DNA from: Pasteurella multocida
Lineage (GTDB): Bacteria; Pseudomonadota; Gammaproteobacteria; Enterobacterales; Pasteurellaceae
Length of the DNA stretch: 32,000 bases
Reading direction: 5' to 3'
Assembly (NCBI RefSeq): GCF_900187275.1
Contig: NZ_LT906458.1
Location: forward strand, 1,410,001-1,442,000
Shown: positions 9,708-20,569 of the stretch, one piece after another
Position numbering within the stretch: position 1 is the first letter of the stretch
Layout of the letters: each line of letters opens with the position of its first letter
Program-made: the position numbers and the translations under genes
The notes under the pieces: generated by a model
The model's input: the letters and a program-made list of their open reading frames with translations, nothing else
What the model was told of the DNA's origin: nothing
Database searches by the model: none

Positions 9708-10673
9708 ATGAAAAAATGGCTCTTTATGCTTCCACTCATTGTCATTGGATGTGGCGTTTACTGGACACACTATCATCATGATAACCAACATACCGATATT
9801 GTGTCTTCAAATGGGCGTTTGGAATTTTTACGATTAGATGTTGCCAGTTTGTATGCCGGACGCGTCGAACAAGTCTTGGTCAAAGAAGGCGACTATGTCA
9901 ACAAAGATACGCTTCTAGCAACCCTCTCTTCTGATACGGTTAAAACCCAAGTCGATACGGCCTTCGCACGAAAACAACAAGCCCAACAAGCAGTAAAACG
10001 CGTACAAGCACAACTCAGTGCACAACAGCAACAACTCAACACTGCCCAATTAGATGTCGATAATGCACATAAATTGCGCAAAAATCAGCTAATTTCCTCA
10101 AGCGAATTTGAAAAACGTCTTGCTTTACGCGATGCTGCCCAAGCCAATTTACACGCATTAGACATCGCTGTACAAGAAGCACAAAGCAGCGTGGCGCAAG
10201 CGGATGCCCAATTACGGCAAGCACATGCTATTTTAGCAGATTTACAGATTAAAGCGCCTCAAGCAGGACGCGTTGTCTATAAATTAGTTGAAGTAGGCAA
10301 TGTGATCGCGGCGGGACAAAAAGTCATTAGCCTATTGGATCTTAATGAAGCCAGTATGTACTTGTTTTTTCCAGCCCCTATCGTCAATCAAATTCCCTTA
10401 CAAAGTGAAGCACGTCTTGTATTTGACGGTCTCGAGGCTGTTTTCCCTGCCACCGTTAGCTATGTATCAAGTGATGCTCAATTTACGCCTAAATTTGTTG
10501 AAACCACGACAGAACGGGAAAAATTGATGTTTAAAGTCAAATTGCAGATCCCCTCAGATATCGCACAAAAATATGCTGACTATCTGAAAGGCGGTATGAC
10601 GGGAAATGGTTATATCCGGCTTTCCTCGTCCACTGAGTGGCCAGCCGAGCTACAACTTCACTTACCAGACTAA
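9708..10673 (+). CDS. HlyD/MFP-family periplasmic adaptor (YhiI-like)
   Basis: MKKWLFMLPLIVIGCGVYW signal anchor, biotinyl-lipoyl-like hairpin segments; start at ATG 9708 preceded by AAGGAGA; first gene of a four-gene efflux cluster. Confidence 0.88.
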   Translation: MKKWLFMLPLIVIGCGVYWTHYHHDNQHTDIVSSNGRLEFLRLDVASLYAGRVEQVLVKEGDYVNKDTLLATLSSDTVKTQVDTAFARKQQAQQAVKRVQAQLSAQQQQLNTAQLDVDNAHKLRKNQLISSSEFEKRLALRDAAQANLHALDIAVQEAQSSVAQADAQLRQAHAILADLQIKAPQAGRVVYKLVEVGNVIAAGQKVISLLDLNEASMYLFFPAPIVNQIPLQSEARLVFDGLEAVFPATVSYVSSDAQFTPKFVETTTEREKLMFKVKLQIPSDIAQKYADYLKGGMTGNGYIRLSSSTEWPAELQLHLPD

Positions 10674-10687
10674 GCGCAGGAGGGGGC

Positions 10688-13420
10688 ATGAACACAATTC
10701 GTGTCGTGAATGTGACCCATACTTACCAAAAAACGACCGCACTTGATCAAGTGTCACTCTCACTTCCTGCGGGCAGTACGGTTGGATTAATTGGACCTGA
10801 CGGTGTGGGCAAATCCACTTTACTTTCCTTACTCGCAGGCGTGAAAATCCTACAACAAGGACAGATCACGGTCTTCGGTCTCAGCCAAGCCGAGAAAGCA
10901 GAGCGTGAGTGCTTACTCAAACGCATTGCTTTTATGCCACAAGGGCTTGGTCGCAACCTTTACCCCACTCTCTCGGTGTATGAAAATATCGAATTTCATG
11001 CCTGCTTATTTGGTCTCACGCAGACACAACGTCAACAACGGATTCAACGTTTATTACTTGCCACAGGACTCGCCCCTTTTCAAAAACGGGCCGCGGGAAA
11101 CCTTTCTGGTGGTATGAAACAGAAACTGAGTTTATGTTGTGCCTTGGTGCATAATCCAGATTTATTAATCTTAGACGAACCGACAACCGGTGTGGATCCC
11201 CTTTCACGCCAGCAGTTCTGGACTTTAGTCAATGAACTCCGCCACGAAAATCCCGCTATGACTGTTCTCGTAGCGACTGCATATATTGAAGAAGCCGCTC
11301 AATTTGAACATTTAATTGCGATGGATGAGGGAAAAATTTTAATGAGTGCCCCGACACAACAGGTATTAGAAGCCACTATGTCGGACAACCTCGAACAAGC
11401 TTACATTAAATTATTGCCAGAAACCAAGCAAACCCATTGGCATGCCGAGCAAATTCCACCGTTCTGCGCGGATCCAACGTTACCCTTTGCCATCGAAGCA
11501 GAAGGACTGACCAAAAAATTTGGCACCTTTACCGCTGTTGACCAAGTCAGCTTTAACATTCCACAAGGGGAAATTTTCGGTTTTTTAGGCTCGAATGGTT
11601 GTGGCAAAAGTACCACCATGAAAATGCTAACCGGCTTACTTGATGCAACAGAAGGCACAGCAACTTTGTTGGGTGAACCCATTGATTCAGGGAAAATGGA
11701 GACACGCCAACAAGTAGGCTATATGTCGCAGGCATTTTCTCTTTATGAAGAGCTGACCATTCGCCAAAATTTACTATTACATGCCAAACTCTATGATCTC
11801 ACCGGTGAACGTGCAACTCAGGCCGTTTCGCAAGCGCTTGATCAATTTCAACTCATCGACGTCGCGGAGAAATTACCACGTGACTTATCCTTAGGTATAC
11901 GTCAACGCTTACAGCTTGCCGCTGCTTGTTTACATCACCCCAAAGTCTTAATTTTAGATGAGCCGACTTCCGGAGTTGACCCTGCTGCACGGGATATGTT
12001 TTGGCAATACCTCATTCAACTTTCAAGAGAAGAAAAAATCACGATTTTTGTTTCAACGCACTTTATGAATGAAGCACTACGTTGTGACCGTATTTCATTA
12101 ATGCATCGCGGTAAAGTACTCGCAGTTGGCACCCCCGAATCCCTCTGTCAACAACGTCAAACCGATAATTTAGAAGAAGCATTCATTGCATTTCTTGCTG
12201 ACTACCCCGAAACAGAAGTGCCCGCGACCTCTTCACAAGTACCTTCCAGCGTAGTAGCGCCACCCCATAATCAAGACATGACACACTCAAGCTCACTCAG
12301 GCTTTGGTTTAACTCGATTTGGACCTTTGCTCGACGTGAAAGCAAAGAAATTTTACGTGATCATATCCGCTTAATTTTCATCATTCTGGGACCGATTATT
12401 TTACTCTTTGCTGGCAGTTGGGGACTGTCTTTTGATACCAACAGCCAGAATTTTGCAGTTCTCGATCAAGATCAAAGTGCAGAGAGCCGCCAACTTATTG
12501 AAGCATTCGAACAGTCTGCTTATTTTAACGCCATTGCGCCGTTAAACGTGCGGTCTGATTTAGCTACACTTCTAAAAACAGGGCAAGCACGACTATTAAT
12601 TGAAATTCCACATCATTTTGGGCGAGATTTATTACAACAACGTCAACCTGAAATTGCCTTTTATATTGACGGTTCAATGCCATTTACAGGGGAAAATATC
12701 GTTTCCTACATACAACAAATTTTACGCCAATACCAAACGCAACTGTATCAGCAACAAGGCATCGACTTACCACAACTTGCACAGTTAGAAGTGCGTTTTA
12801 TGTATAACCAAACGTTCCGCAGTGTGAATGCCATTTCGCCCGGTCTGATTATGGTCACATTGATGTTGATTCCTTCCATGATGACCGCACTTGCCGTGGT
12901 GCGTGAAAAAGAAATTGGTTCTATCACCAACCTCTATGGATCACCCGCAAGCGTTTTGCAGTATGTGCTTGGTAAACAACTCCCTTATGTGTTTTTAGCT
13001 TTGACCAGTTATTTTTTGCTAGTTGCTATGACCGTTTGGATTATTGGAGTGGACATCACTGGCTCTTTTTGGGCAATGACATTAGGCGCCTTGTGCTTAA
13101 TCTTATCCGCCACTGCCTTTGGCTTATTAGTCTCTGCCTTTGTGAAATCACAGGTCGCTGCTATTTTTGCTACCGCGATTATCAGTATCGTTCCAACGAT
13201 CAATTTTTCTGGTTTGCTCTACCCACGCTCAACCATTACAGGTTTAGGTTATTGGATGGGTGTAAGTTTTCCAACCAGTTGGTATCACTTGATCAGTTTA
13301 GGCGCCTTTACTAAAGGCTTGGGAATGAAGAGTTTTCTGCATTTATATCTGATTTTACTGCTCTTTTTTGCTGTTTATTTAGGGCTGACATGCTTCCTTT
13401 TGAAAAAACAGGAGAAATAA
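10688..13420 (+). CDS. ABC transporter fusion: two ATP-binding domains plus C-terminal membrane domain (RbbA/YhiH-like)
   Basis: Two Walker A motifs (GPDGVGKST, GSNGCGKST), ABC signatures (LSGGMKQK; degenerate LSLGIRQR), Walker B LLILDEPT/VLILDEPT, then an ABC-2 permease segment. Start assigned to MNTIRVVNVTHTYQK at 10688. Confidence 0.88.
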   Translation: MNTIRVVNVTHTYQKTTALDQVSLSLPAGSTVGLIGPDGVGKSTLLSLLAGVKILQQGQITVFGLSQAEKAERECLLKRIAFMPQGLGRNLYPTLSVYENIEFHACLFGLTQTQRQQRIQRLLLATGLAPFQKRAAGNLSGGMKQKLSLCCALVHNPDLLILDEPTTGVDPLSRQQFWTLVNELRHENPAMTVLVATAYIEEAAQFEHLIAMDEGKILMSAPTQQVLEATMSDNLEQAYIKLLPETKQTHWHAEQIPPFCADPTLPFAIEAEGLTKKFGTFTAVDQVSFNIPQGEIFGFLGSNGCGKSTTMKMLTGLLDATEGTATLLGEPIDSGKMETRQQVGYMSQAFSLYEELTIRQNLLLHAKLYDLTGERATQAVSQALDQFQLIDVAEKLPRDLSLGIRQRLQLAAACLHHPKVLILDEPTSGVDPAARDMFWQYLIQLSREEKITIFVSTHFMNEALRCDRISLMHRGKVLAVGTPESLCQQRQTDNLEEAFIAFLADYPETEVPATSSQVPSSVVAPPHNQDMTHSSSLRLWFNSIWTFARRESKEILRDHIRLIFIILGPIILLFAGSWGLSFDTNSQNFAVLDQDQSAESRQLIEAFEQSAYFNAIAPLNVRSDLATLLKTGQARLLIEIPHHFGRDLLQQRQPEIAFYIDGSMPFTGENIVSYIQQILRQYQTQLYQQQGIDLPQLAQLEVRFMYNQTFRSVNAISPGLIMVTLMLIPSMMTALAVVREKEIGSITNLYGSPASVLQYVLGKQLPYVFLALTSYFLLVAMTVWIIGVDITGSFWAMTLGALCLILSATAFGLLVSAFVKSQVAAIFATAIISIVPTINFSGLLYPRSTITGLGYWMGVSFPTSWYHLISLGAFTKGLGMKSFLHLYLILLLFFAVYLGLTCFLLKKQEK

Positions 13421-13421
13421 C

Positions 13422-14546
13422 ATGAAACGTTGGATAAAAAATGTTTATTTCTTATCTGGTAAAGAAATACGTAGTTTCTTTAGCGATTACACTTTATTGG
13501 TGTTAGTGATTATTATGTTTACGGTGATGATCTATTCCATCGCCAAAGGCATCACGACCGAAGTCAAAAATGCCACGGTAGCAATCTTAAATGAAGATCG
13601 CAGTCCCCTTTCTTACCGTATTCAAGATGCGATGCTCCCTCCACAATTCAAGTCAGTGGTTGAAATCCAACGTGCAGACATTGATGCGGCTATGGACAGT
13701 GGTGAGTTTATCTTCGTACTCACTATCCCTCCTCATTTCAGTGCTGATGTGTTAGCGCATAAACAACCTGAACTACAATTATTAGTAGATGCCACCGCTA
13801 TGTCACAAGCTGCGGTAGGTGCAGGCTATTTGAGCCACATCATTCAGCAACAACTGTCGGAATACTTAAGTCATATCCCCTTGGATAGAACACTGCTCGA
13901 ACCTAAACTGAATGTTTTATTTAATCCCAATTTAAAAACCGAGTGGTATATGCCAATTACACAAATTACTGGTAACTCGACCTTACTCACCCTAATTTTA
14001 GTAGGCGCCGCGGTGATTCGAGAACGAGAGCATGGCACCATTGAACACTTACTGGTGATGCCTGTTAGCGCGAGTGAAATTGTTATCTCAAAAATTTTAG
14101 CTAATGGCTTCATTATCCTCATCGCCGCCTTCTTATCTTTATATTTTGTAGTGCATCAATTCATTGGGGTACCAATCAATGGCTCAATGACGTTATTCAT
14201 CGTCACAGAAGCCATTTTCCTGTCCTCTATGGCAGGGCTTGGCATTTATTTAGCGACCCATGCCCCTACGATGCCGCAGTTCAGCTTATTGTGTTTACCT
14301 GTCTATGTGGTGTTATATCTTCTGTCTGGCAGTTTATCCCCATTAGAAAATATGCCTGTGGCAGTTCAGTATCTCATGCAACTGTCCCCCTTAACCCAAT
14401 TCATTTCGATTGGTCAAGATGTGCTCTTTCGTGGGGCAGGATTTACTGTGATTTGGCCGAAAGTACTGATGATAAGCCTAATGGGCGCATTTTTTATTGT
14501 AGTGGCGATTTTCCGTTTTAGACACATGCTCGCGCGTCAAAGCTAA
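13422..14546 (+). CDS. ABC-2 type permease (YhhJ-like)
   Basis: 374 aa; VIREREHGTIEHLLVMPVSASEIVISKI motif typical of ABC-2 permeases; directly follows the fusion gene. Confidence 0.88.
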   Translation: MKRWIKNVYFLSGKEIRSFFSDYTLLVLVIIMFTVMIYSIAKGITTEVKNATVAILNEDRSPLSYRIQDAMLPPQFKSVVEIQRADIDAAMDSGEFIFVLTIPPHFSADVLAHKQPELQLLVDATAMSQAAVGAGYLSHIIQQQLSEYLSHIPLDRTLLEPKLNVLFNPNLKTEWYMPITQITGNSTLLTLILVGAAVIREREHGTIEHLLVMPVSASEIVISKILANGFIILIAAFLSLYFVVHQFIGVPINGSMTLFIVTEAIFLSSMAGLGIYLATHAPTMPQFSLLCLPVYVVLYLLSGSLSPLENMPVAVQYLMQLSPLTQFISIGQDVLFRGAGFTVIWPKVLMISLMGAFFIVVAIFRFRHMLARQS

Positions 14547-14555
14547 GGAGCGATT

Positions 14556-15947
14556 ATGCAAAAAACAATGATGACTTTTCTGCTCAGCAGCATGCTACTG
14601 GGCTGTCAGCAGACCGAAGTGGATTTACAGTCTAATATCCAATTACCTGATGTTTATCAATATGCACGCCTAGAAAAGGGGGCGCCAATCGTCCAAAATT
14701 GGTGGGAAAGTTGGCAAGATCCACAACTTAGCCGTTTAATCCAGCAAGGTTTAGCACAAAACCACCAACTTGCGATCGCTAAAAGTAAAATACAAGAAGC
14801 ACAAGCAATCGTGAAAATCGCACAATCCACGCGTTTCCCTACCATTGCTGCCCTTGCCAATAGCGGTAAATCTCACCTTGATATTGAACAAATTGATATC
14901 ACGCCAAGCGGTGTATTAGGTGGCATACGTGTTGCTTGGGAGCCTGATATTTTTGGACAAAAACGCAGTGATACTGATGCTGCACAAGCCACCGTATTGG
15001 GCGCTCAACAACAGTTTTATGCTGCGCAAATCCTTGTGGCAAGTGAAATTGCCCATTATTACTTGCAAGCGCTCCACAACAAAAAACAACAAGCGTTATT
15101 ACAACGTACTCAAATGGCGCTAAAAGCCTTACAAAACTATATTGAGGGACGCTTTAATGCGGGGCAAGCTAGTGCTTATGAGCGCAATGAAATCAAAATA
15201 AAACGCCACTCTCTTGCAGCCAAACAAGCGATACTCGATGCCCAATTTATTGCCGCCCAAAATGCGATTGCCGTGCTGATTGGAGAAACGCCACAACACT
15301 TTAAGTTGGATATTGGGCAAATGCAAAACGTGGATATCCTCTCTCACTTACCGCGACCACCAAAAGGAATACAACCTGCTGATTTACTTCATCAGCGTCC
15401 TGATATTCAAGCCCAAACTGCCAATGTGAAAGCCCACGCAGCTAAATTAGCCAGTGCTAAAGCGGATTTATTTCCCCGCTTCACACTCGATTTCCTCTGG
15501 CAAACCGGACGTATTAAATTAGACGCGGACTTACCGACATTACAAGCTTGGCAAAACGTTGTCAGCGCAGGAATCCAGTTACCGATTTTCACTGCAGGAC
15601 GTATCCAAGCGAACATTCAGGCAAGCGATGAACGCTTACAACAAGCCTTACTTCAATATGATCGCACTTTATTACAAGCTCTAGCAGAAGTCGAAAATCA
15701 CTATCAACAACAATTTTCACTCACTCAGCAAGCACGTTTATTAACACAGGCAAGTCGCACTCAGCAACAGCAAGTACGTGATACACAGAAATTGTTTCAA
15801 TATGGCGACTATACCTTTGATCGTGTATTGCAAGCGCGCCTCGATGCCTTGACCTTAGAAGAAAAACAGCTTGAAAATCAACTGGCTTGTGCCATGAATT
15901 TAGTCTTGTTATACAAAGCTATCGGCGTTGGTTGGCAATCGCAATAA
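14556..15947 (+). CDS. Outer-membrane efflux lipoprotein (TolC/NodT-type factor)
   Basis: 463 aa; lipobox LLGC; two OEP-like repeats (WWESWQDPQLSRLIQQGLAQNHQLAIAKSKIQEA..., RPDIQAQTANVKAHAAKLASAKADLFPRFTL). Confidence 0.88.
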   Translation: MQKTMMTFLLSSMLLGCQQTEVDLQSNIQLPDVYQYARLEKGAPIVQNWWESWQDPQLSRLIQQGLAQNHQLAIAKSKIQEAQAIVKIAQSTRFPTIAALANSGKSHLDIEQIDITPSGVLGGIRVAWEPDIFGQKRSDTDAAQATVLGAQQQFYAAQILVASEIAHYYLQALHNKKQQALLQRTQMALKALQNYIEGRFNAGQASAYERNEIKIKRHSLAAKQAILDAQFIAAQNAIAVLIGETPQHFKLDIGQMQNVDILSHLPRPPKGIQPADLLHQRPDIQAQTANVKAHAAKLASAKADLFPRFTLDFLWQTGRIKLDADLPTLQAWQNVVSAGIQLPIFTAGRIQANIQASDERLQQALLQYDRTLLQALAEVENHYQQQFSLTQQARLLTQASRTQQQQVRDTQKLFQYGDYTFDRVLQARLDALTLEEKQLENQLACAMNLVLLYKAIGVGWQSQ

Positions 15948-15969
15948 TGCCTTCTACTTTCCTGATACG

Positions 15970-15996
15970 AAAAAAAGCCTAGCAAATTCGCTAGGC
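15970..15996 (-). terminator. Terminator for ppiD (possibly bidirectional with the efflux cluster)
   Basis: Stem AGCCTAGC (15975-15982) / GCTAGGCT (15989-15996); on the - strand followed by TTTTT. Confidence 0.75.
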
Positions 15997-16019
15997 TCTC
16001 ATGTCACAAGTTTTACGTC

Positions 16020-17900
16020 TTATTGCTCTTCATTTTGCTGGAAGAACTTTTCATTCACTTCAATTTTCGCTTTCGCTCGTAAAGCTTGTAATAAAGTATT
16101 TTGCAACGCAACTTGACGGGCTTGTGCAAGCTGTTTTGTGAATAATTCACTTTCTGCTGCACTTAATGCACCTTGCTCAATATGACTTAATTCCACTAAA
16201 ACCACCTCGCCATTGCTTGCTTTCGATGCGATATAGCTCGGTTTATTATCCGTTAATGACATGGCAAAAATCACATTATTTAATGCCGCATCGCGATTTT
16301 CAGCAAAAACCCATTTCTCCGCTGAGCCAAACTGAACGCCTTCTGGTAACGTTGAGCTTGCATTGTCATTTAAACGCTGTGCCGCTTGGTTTGCTTCTGC
16401 CAATACAATTTCTTCTGCTTTTTGGCGCTTCAAGTAGCTGATAATATCGGCTTTTGCTTCCTCTAAGCTTCTTGTACCTTCGGGTTTGTTTGCAATAACA
16501 CGCACGAGCACAGCATGTTGTTCGCCCACATTCATCGGCTCAGAGTTCACGCCCCCTTGTGAGATATCAGAATGGAAGATCGCCGAAATCACATTTGGAT
16601 AATTTAACGCCGCAGGCACATCATTTGCTGAGAAAAAGTCTGTCTCTTGAATGGTTAATCCCGCCACTTCAGCAGCTTTTTCTAATCCTTCTGGGTGTTC
16701 AAACGCTTTTTCTGCCAGTTGTTTTTCAATCGAGAAATACTGATTATTGACTAAATTCTGACGAATTTGATCTGCAATCTGGGTTTTCACAACCTCTAAT
16801 GGTAAAGTTGATGGTTCTTTACGCTCTGTGACCAAAATAATATGGAACTGTTCATCTACTTTCACCGGTTGACTGAATTGCCCCACTTGAAGCGCATTAG
16901 CTGCCTCTTCAAAAGCTTTTGGGAACGTCCCCGCACTGGCCCAACTCAAATCACCACCATTTTCAGCAGAAATTTTATCGAGTGAACGCGCGCTCGCTAA
17001 ACCAGCAAAATTAGCGCCATCTTGCAATGCTTGATAAATCTCTTTGGCTTCCGCTTCCGTTGCCACTTGAATATGCGATAAGCGTTGCTGACCTTGGGAC
17101 ACATAAAGGGCTTTATTATCTTGATAATATTGTGCAATTTCTACATCTGACACTTGAATATGTTTTTCGACATCAGCACGTGTTAATGTCATATATTGCA
17201 CTTTAGCCAATTCTGGTACTAAAAACGCCCCTTTATTTGCTTCATAATACGCACTAACCTCTTCATCGGAAATGGTTTGCTTTTCTAACACTTGATCGAG
17301 CGAAAATGGCGCTAAACGTACTGTTCTTGCTTGAAAGAACAATTCCGTTAATTGCGCTTGTTGTGCAGGAACAATAAATTCACTTTCCGCTAATCCCGTT
17401 TGCAACTGCTCTAAACGTAACCCCTCACGCACAATATTGGCGTAGGTATCTGGCGTTAAGCCATTTAATTGCAACATGCGCTGATACAGGGCATTATCAA
17501 ATTTTCCTTCTTGTTGGAAAAATTGACTTGTCACAATTTCTTGTTTAACACGCTCATCACTAATACCTATTTTCAACTCATCAGCATACTGGCGTAATAA
17601 TTCTTGGTTAATTAAATTATTTAGCACACTTTGTCTTAAACCAGCCACAAACTCAGGCGAGCCCGATAAAGCGGCAAATTGTGCACCGAGTTGCTGTCTT
17701 AAACGCTCTGACTCTGATTCATAACGTTGATAAAAGGTTTGTTGTGAAATTTCTTCACCATTGATTTTTACCGCTGAAGTATCTACGCGCGTAAAAACGT
17801 AACCTGTAATCCCGCTTAACACAAAAGCCACAGCAATCAGACCTAACAAAAATTTGGATACCCAACTGTTTGTCATGCCGTGAAGTTTTTCAATTAACAT
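16020..17900 (-). CDS. ppiD: Periplasmic folding chaperone / peptidyl-prolyl isomerase PpiD
   Basis: 626 aa; N-terminal anchor MLIEKLHGMTNSWVSKFLLGLIAVAFVLSGITGY; SurA_N- and parvulin-like regions. Confidence 0.92.
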   Translation of the reverse strand: MLIEKLHGMTNSWVSKFLLGLIAVAFVLSGITGYVFTRVDTSAVKINGEEISQQTFYQRYESESERLRQQLGAQFAALSGSPEFVAGLRQSVLNNLINQELLRQYADELKIGISDERVKQEIVTSQFFQQEGKFDNALYQRMLQLNGLTPDTYANIVREGLRLEQLQTGLAESEFIVPAQQAQLTELFFQARTVRLAPFSLDQVLEKQTISDEEVSAYYEANKGAFLVPELAKVQYMTLTRADVEKHIQVSDVEIAQYYQDNKALYVSQGQQRLSHIQVATEAEAKEIYQALQDGANFAGLASARSLDKISAENGGDLSWASAGTFPKAFEEAANALQVGQFSQPVKVDEQFHIILVTERKEPSTLPLEVVKTQIADQIRQNLVNNQYFSIEKQLAEKAFEHPEGLEKAAEVAGLTIQETDFFSANDVPAALNYPNVISAIFHSDISQGGVNSEPMNVGEQHAVLVRVIANKPEGTRSLEEAKADIISYLKRQKAEEIVLAEANQAAQRLNDNASSTLPEGVQFGSAEKWVFAENRDAALNNVIFAMSLTDNKPSYIASKASNGEVVLVELSHIEQGALSAAESELFTKQLAQARQVALQNTLLQALRAKAKIEVNEKFFQQNEEQ

Positions 17901-18030
17901 TGTTATTATCCTATACGTATTTAAATCAACCGAAAATGTGTACGATTATAATCAAAAGTACTGATTTTCGCACTGGCAAAATAAAATAAGCCAAATCATA
18001 ACAATTTGGCTTTATTTATAAAAGTATTAA

Positions 18031-20445
18031 TTAATTGACCGCACTTTTACGTGAAGTAGATCGCCCTTTGCGGACCGTTTTCGCCGCACTAACCGGTGTT
18101 AATTTCATGAATTCAACCCCCGTTGGTGCATTTTCTAACGCAATTGTTAAGACTTCATCAATCGTTTCAACAGCATGAATCGTCAAATTACTTTTCGCGT
18201 TATCTGGAATCTCTTCCAAATCTTTCACGTTTTCTTTCGGAATAATCACCGTTTTAATACCACCACGGTGTGCCGCCAATAATTTCTCTTTCAAGCCACC
18301 AATTGGCAACACTTTACCACGCAAGGTGATCTCACCAGTCATTGCCACATCCGCTTTAACAGGGTTCCCCGTCAAGCAAGAAACTAATGCTGTACACATC
18401 GCAATCCCCGCACTTGGTCCATCTTTAGGCGTTGCTCCCTCTGGCACATGAATATGGATATCGCGTTTTTCATGGAAGTCAGACGCAATTCCCAATTTCT
18501 CTGCTCGCGAACGCACTACAGTCATCGCCGCTTGAATCGATTCTTTCATCACATCGCCTAGAGAGCCCGTATAAGTTAATTTGCCCTTACCCAAGACTGA
18601 CGCGGTTTCAATGGTTAGTAAATCACCACCCACTTCGGTCCAGGCTAAGCCTGTGACTTCACCAACACGGTTTTGCGTATCCGCACGACCAAATTCAAAG
18701 CGTTTCACGCCTAAGTAATCGTGTAAATTTGCCGAATTCACTTTCAACGATTTCACTTTTTTATCGAGTAATAAGTTTTTCACTGCTTTACGACAGATTT
18801 TAGAAATTTCACGTTCAAGGCTACGCACGCCGGCTTCACGGGTGTAGTAACGGATAATATCTAAAATCGCACTGTCTTCAATGGTCAACTCACCCGCTTT
18901 TAAGCCATTACGCTCCATTTGTTTTGCAATCAAATGACGTGTAGCAATATTGAGTTTTTCATCTTCGGTATAACCTGACAGACGAATCACTTCCATACGA
19001 TCCAATAATGGCGCAGGAATACGCATTGAGTTTGAGGTGGCCACAAACATCACATCAGACAGATCGTAGTCGACTTCTAAATAATGATCGTTAAATGAGG
19101 TATTTTGCTCAGGATCCAGCACTTCTAATAACGCTGATGCCGGATCTCCACGCATATCTGAACTCATTTTGTCGATTTCATCAAGCAAGAATAACGGGTT
19201 TTTTACCCCTACTTTTGCCATTTTCTGAATCAATTTACCCGGCAATGCTCCAATATAGGTTTTACGGTGACCACGAATTTCCGCTTCATCACGCACGCCA
19301 CCTAATGCCATCCGCACATATTTACGTCCCGTTGCTTGGGCAATCGACTGACCTAACGAGGTTTTTCCCACTCCCGGTGGACCAACTAGACACAGGATAG
19401 GTCCTTTGATTTGATTCAAACGGGTTTGTACCGCTAAATACTCTAAAATACGCTCTTTTACGCGCTCAAGTCCGTAATGATCTGCATCCAACACTTGTTG
19501 TGCTTTGGTCAGATCTTTCTTCACTTTGGTGCGTTTATGCCAAGGCACTTGAATCATCCAATCAATGTAACTACGTACGACTGTGGCTTCCGCCGACATC
19601 GGCGACATCATTTTTAATTTTTGTAATTCTGCTTCGGCTTTACTTTTCGCCTCTGCAGGCATTTTCGCCTCTTCAATTTTTTGGCGGAGTTGCTCAATTT
19701 CATCCGCACTATCCCCTTCGCCTAACTCTTTTTGAATGGCTTTGATTTGCTCATTTAAATAATAATCGCGCTGTGTTTTTTCCATTTGCTCTTTGACACG
19801 TCCACGAATGCGTTTTTCAATTTGCAATAAATCCGTTTCTGATTCCATTAAACCGAGCAAATATTCAAAACGGGCGACCACTTTGGCAACTTCAAGGACT
19901 TTTTGTTTGTGTTTGACTGCCACAGGCATATGCGCAGCTAAGGTATCACTTAAACGATCAAATTCTTCAATACGTTCAAGAGCTGCATGCACATCTGGTT
20001 GCACTTTCTTATTTAATTTTGCGTATTTTTCAAATTCTGCAAGGGTCGCTTTTTTGACGACTTCAAGTTCTTTATCATCACCAAATTCTGTTTCAATTAA
20101 GCGAATTTGGGCAGAAAAATACTCACCATTATCGTCTAACTGCTCAATAGTGGCACGTTGTTGCCCTTCGACGAGGACTTTTACTGTCCCATCGGGCAAT
20201 TTTAATAATTGAATAATATTAGCGACCGTACCAACGCGATACACATCATCCACTGTTGGTTCTTCTAAATCAGCTTGTTTTTGAGACACTAATAATAGCT
20301 GTTTACCAGTTTCCATTGCTTCATCGAGACTACGAATTGACTTCGGTCTCCCTACAAATAATGGCATCACCATATAAGGAAATACGACGACATCACGCAA
20401 TGGTAATACTGGAATGCTCTGTTGCTGTGTTTTTTTTGCGCTCAT
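18031..20445 (-). CDS. lon: ATP-dependent protease Lon
   Basis: 804 aa; Walker [10 protein letters not shown]; catalytic [15 protein letters not shown]; clpX neighbour. Confidence 0.98.
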   Translation of the reverse strand: MSAKKTQQQSIPVLPLRDVVVFPYMVMPLFVGRPKSIRSLDEAMETGKQLLLVSQKQADLEEPTVDDVYRVGTVANIIQLLKLPDGTVKVLVEGQQRATIEQLDDNGEYFSAQIRLIETEFGDDKELEVVKKATLAEFEKYAKLNKKVQPDVHAALERIEEFDRLSDTLAAHMPVAVKHKQKVLEVAKVVARFEYLLGLMESETDLLQIEKRIRGRVKEQMEKTQRDYYLNEQIKAIQKELGEGDSADEIEQLRQKIEEAKMPAEAKSKAEAELQKLKMMSPMSAEATVVRSYIDWMIQVPWHKRTKVKKDLTKAQQVLDADHYGLERVKERILEYLAVQTRLNQIKGPILCLVGPPGVGKTSLGQSIAQATGRKYVRMALGGVRDEAEIRGHRKTYIGALPGKLIQKMAKVGVKNPLFLLDEIDKMSSDMRGDPASALLEVLDPEQNTSFNDHYLEVDYDLSDVMFVATSNSMRIPAPLLDRMEVIRLSGYTEDEKLNIATRHLIAKQMERNGLKAGELTIEDSAILDIIRYYTREAGVRSLEREISKICRKAVKNLLLDKKVKSLKVNSANLHDYLGVKRFEFGRADTQNRVGEVTGLAWTEVGGDLLTIETASVLGKGKLTYTGSLGDVMKESIQAAMTVVRSRAEKLGIASDFHEKRDIHIHVPEGATPKDGPSAGIAMCTALVSCLTGNPVKADVAMTGEITLRGKVLPIGGLKEKLLAAHRGGIKTVIIPKENVKDLEEIPDNAKSNLTIHAVETIDEVLTIALENAPTGVEFMKLTPVSAAKTVRKGRSTSRKSAVN
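18038..18046 (-). repeat. Uptake signal sequence core (AAGTGCGGT)
   Basis: ACCGCACTT in the last codons of lon. Confidence 0.75.
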
Positions 20446-20485
20446 TCCGTTCTCTCTTAGTTAAAAATTAGGCTACTTCGCTCAA

Positions 20486-20513
20486 ATATGAGGGTAAATA
20501 ATCATAAATCAAG
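20486..20513 (-). promoter_or_regulatory. Candidate sigma32 (heat-shock) promoter for lon
   Basis: On the - strand CTTGATT (20513-20507), 13 nt, CCTCATAT (20493-20486), about 40 nt upstream of lon ATG; close to consensus CTTGAAA/CCCCATNT. Confidence 0.5.
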
Positions 20514-20524
20514 CTTGAGGGCAA

Positions 20525-20553
20525 AAAAGTGCGGTAAAAAATACCGCACTTTT
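20525..20553. terminator. Inverted uptake-signal-sequence pair forming a terminator between clpX and lon
   Basis: AAAAGTGCGGTA (20525-20536) and TACCGCACTTTT (20542-20553), perfect 12-bp stem with both USS cores. Confidence 0.85.
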
Positions 20554-20569
20554 AGATGACATGCAGAAA

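Noticed and set aside
19793-20212. 139 aa + strand ORF antisense to lon (and others at 18432, 19095, 19500)
   Set aside because: Shadow ORFs of the highly conserved lon gene; Ser/Thr/Cys-rich composition typical of reverse-frame artefacts.
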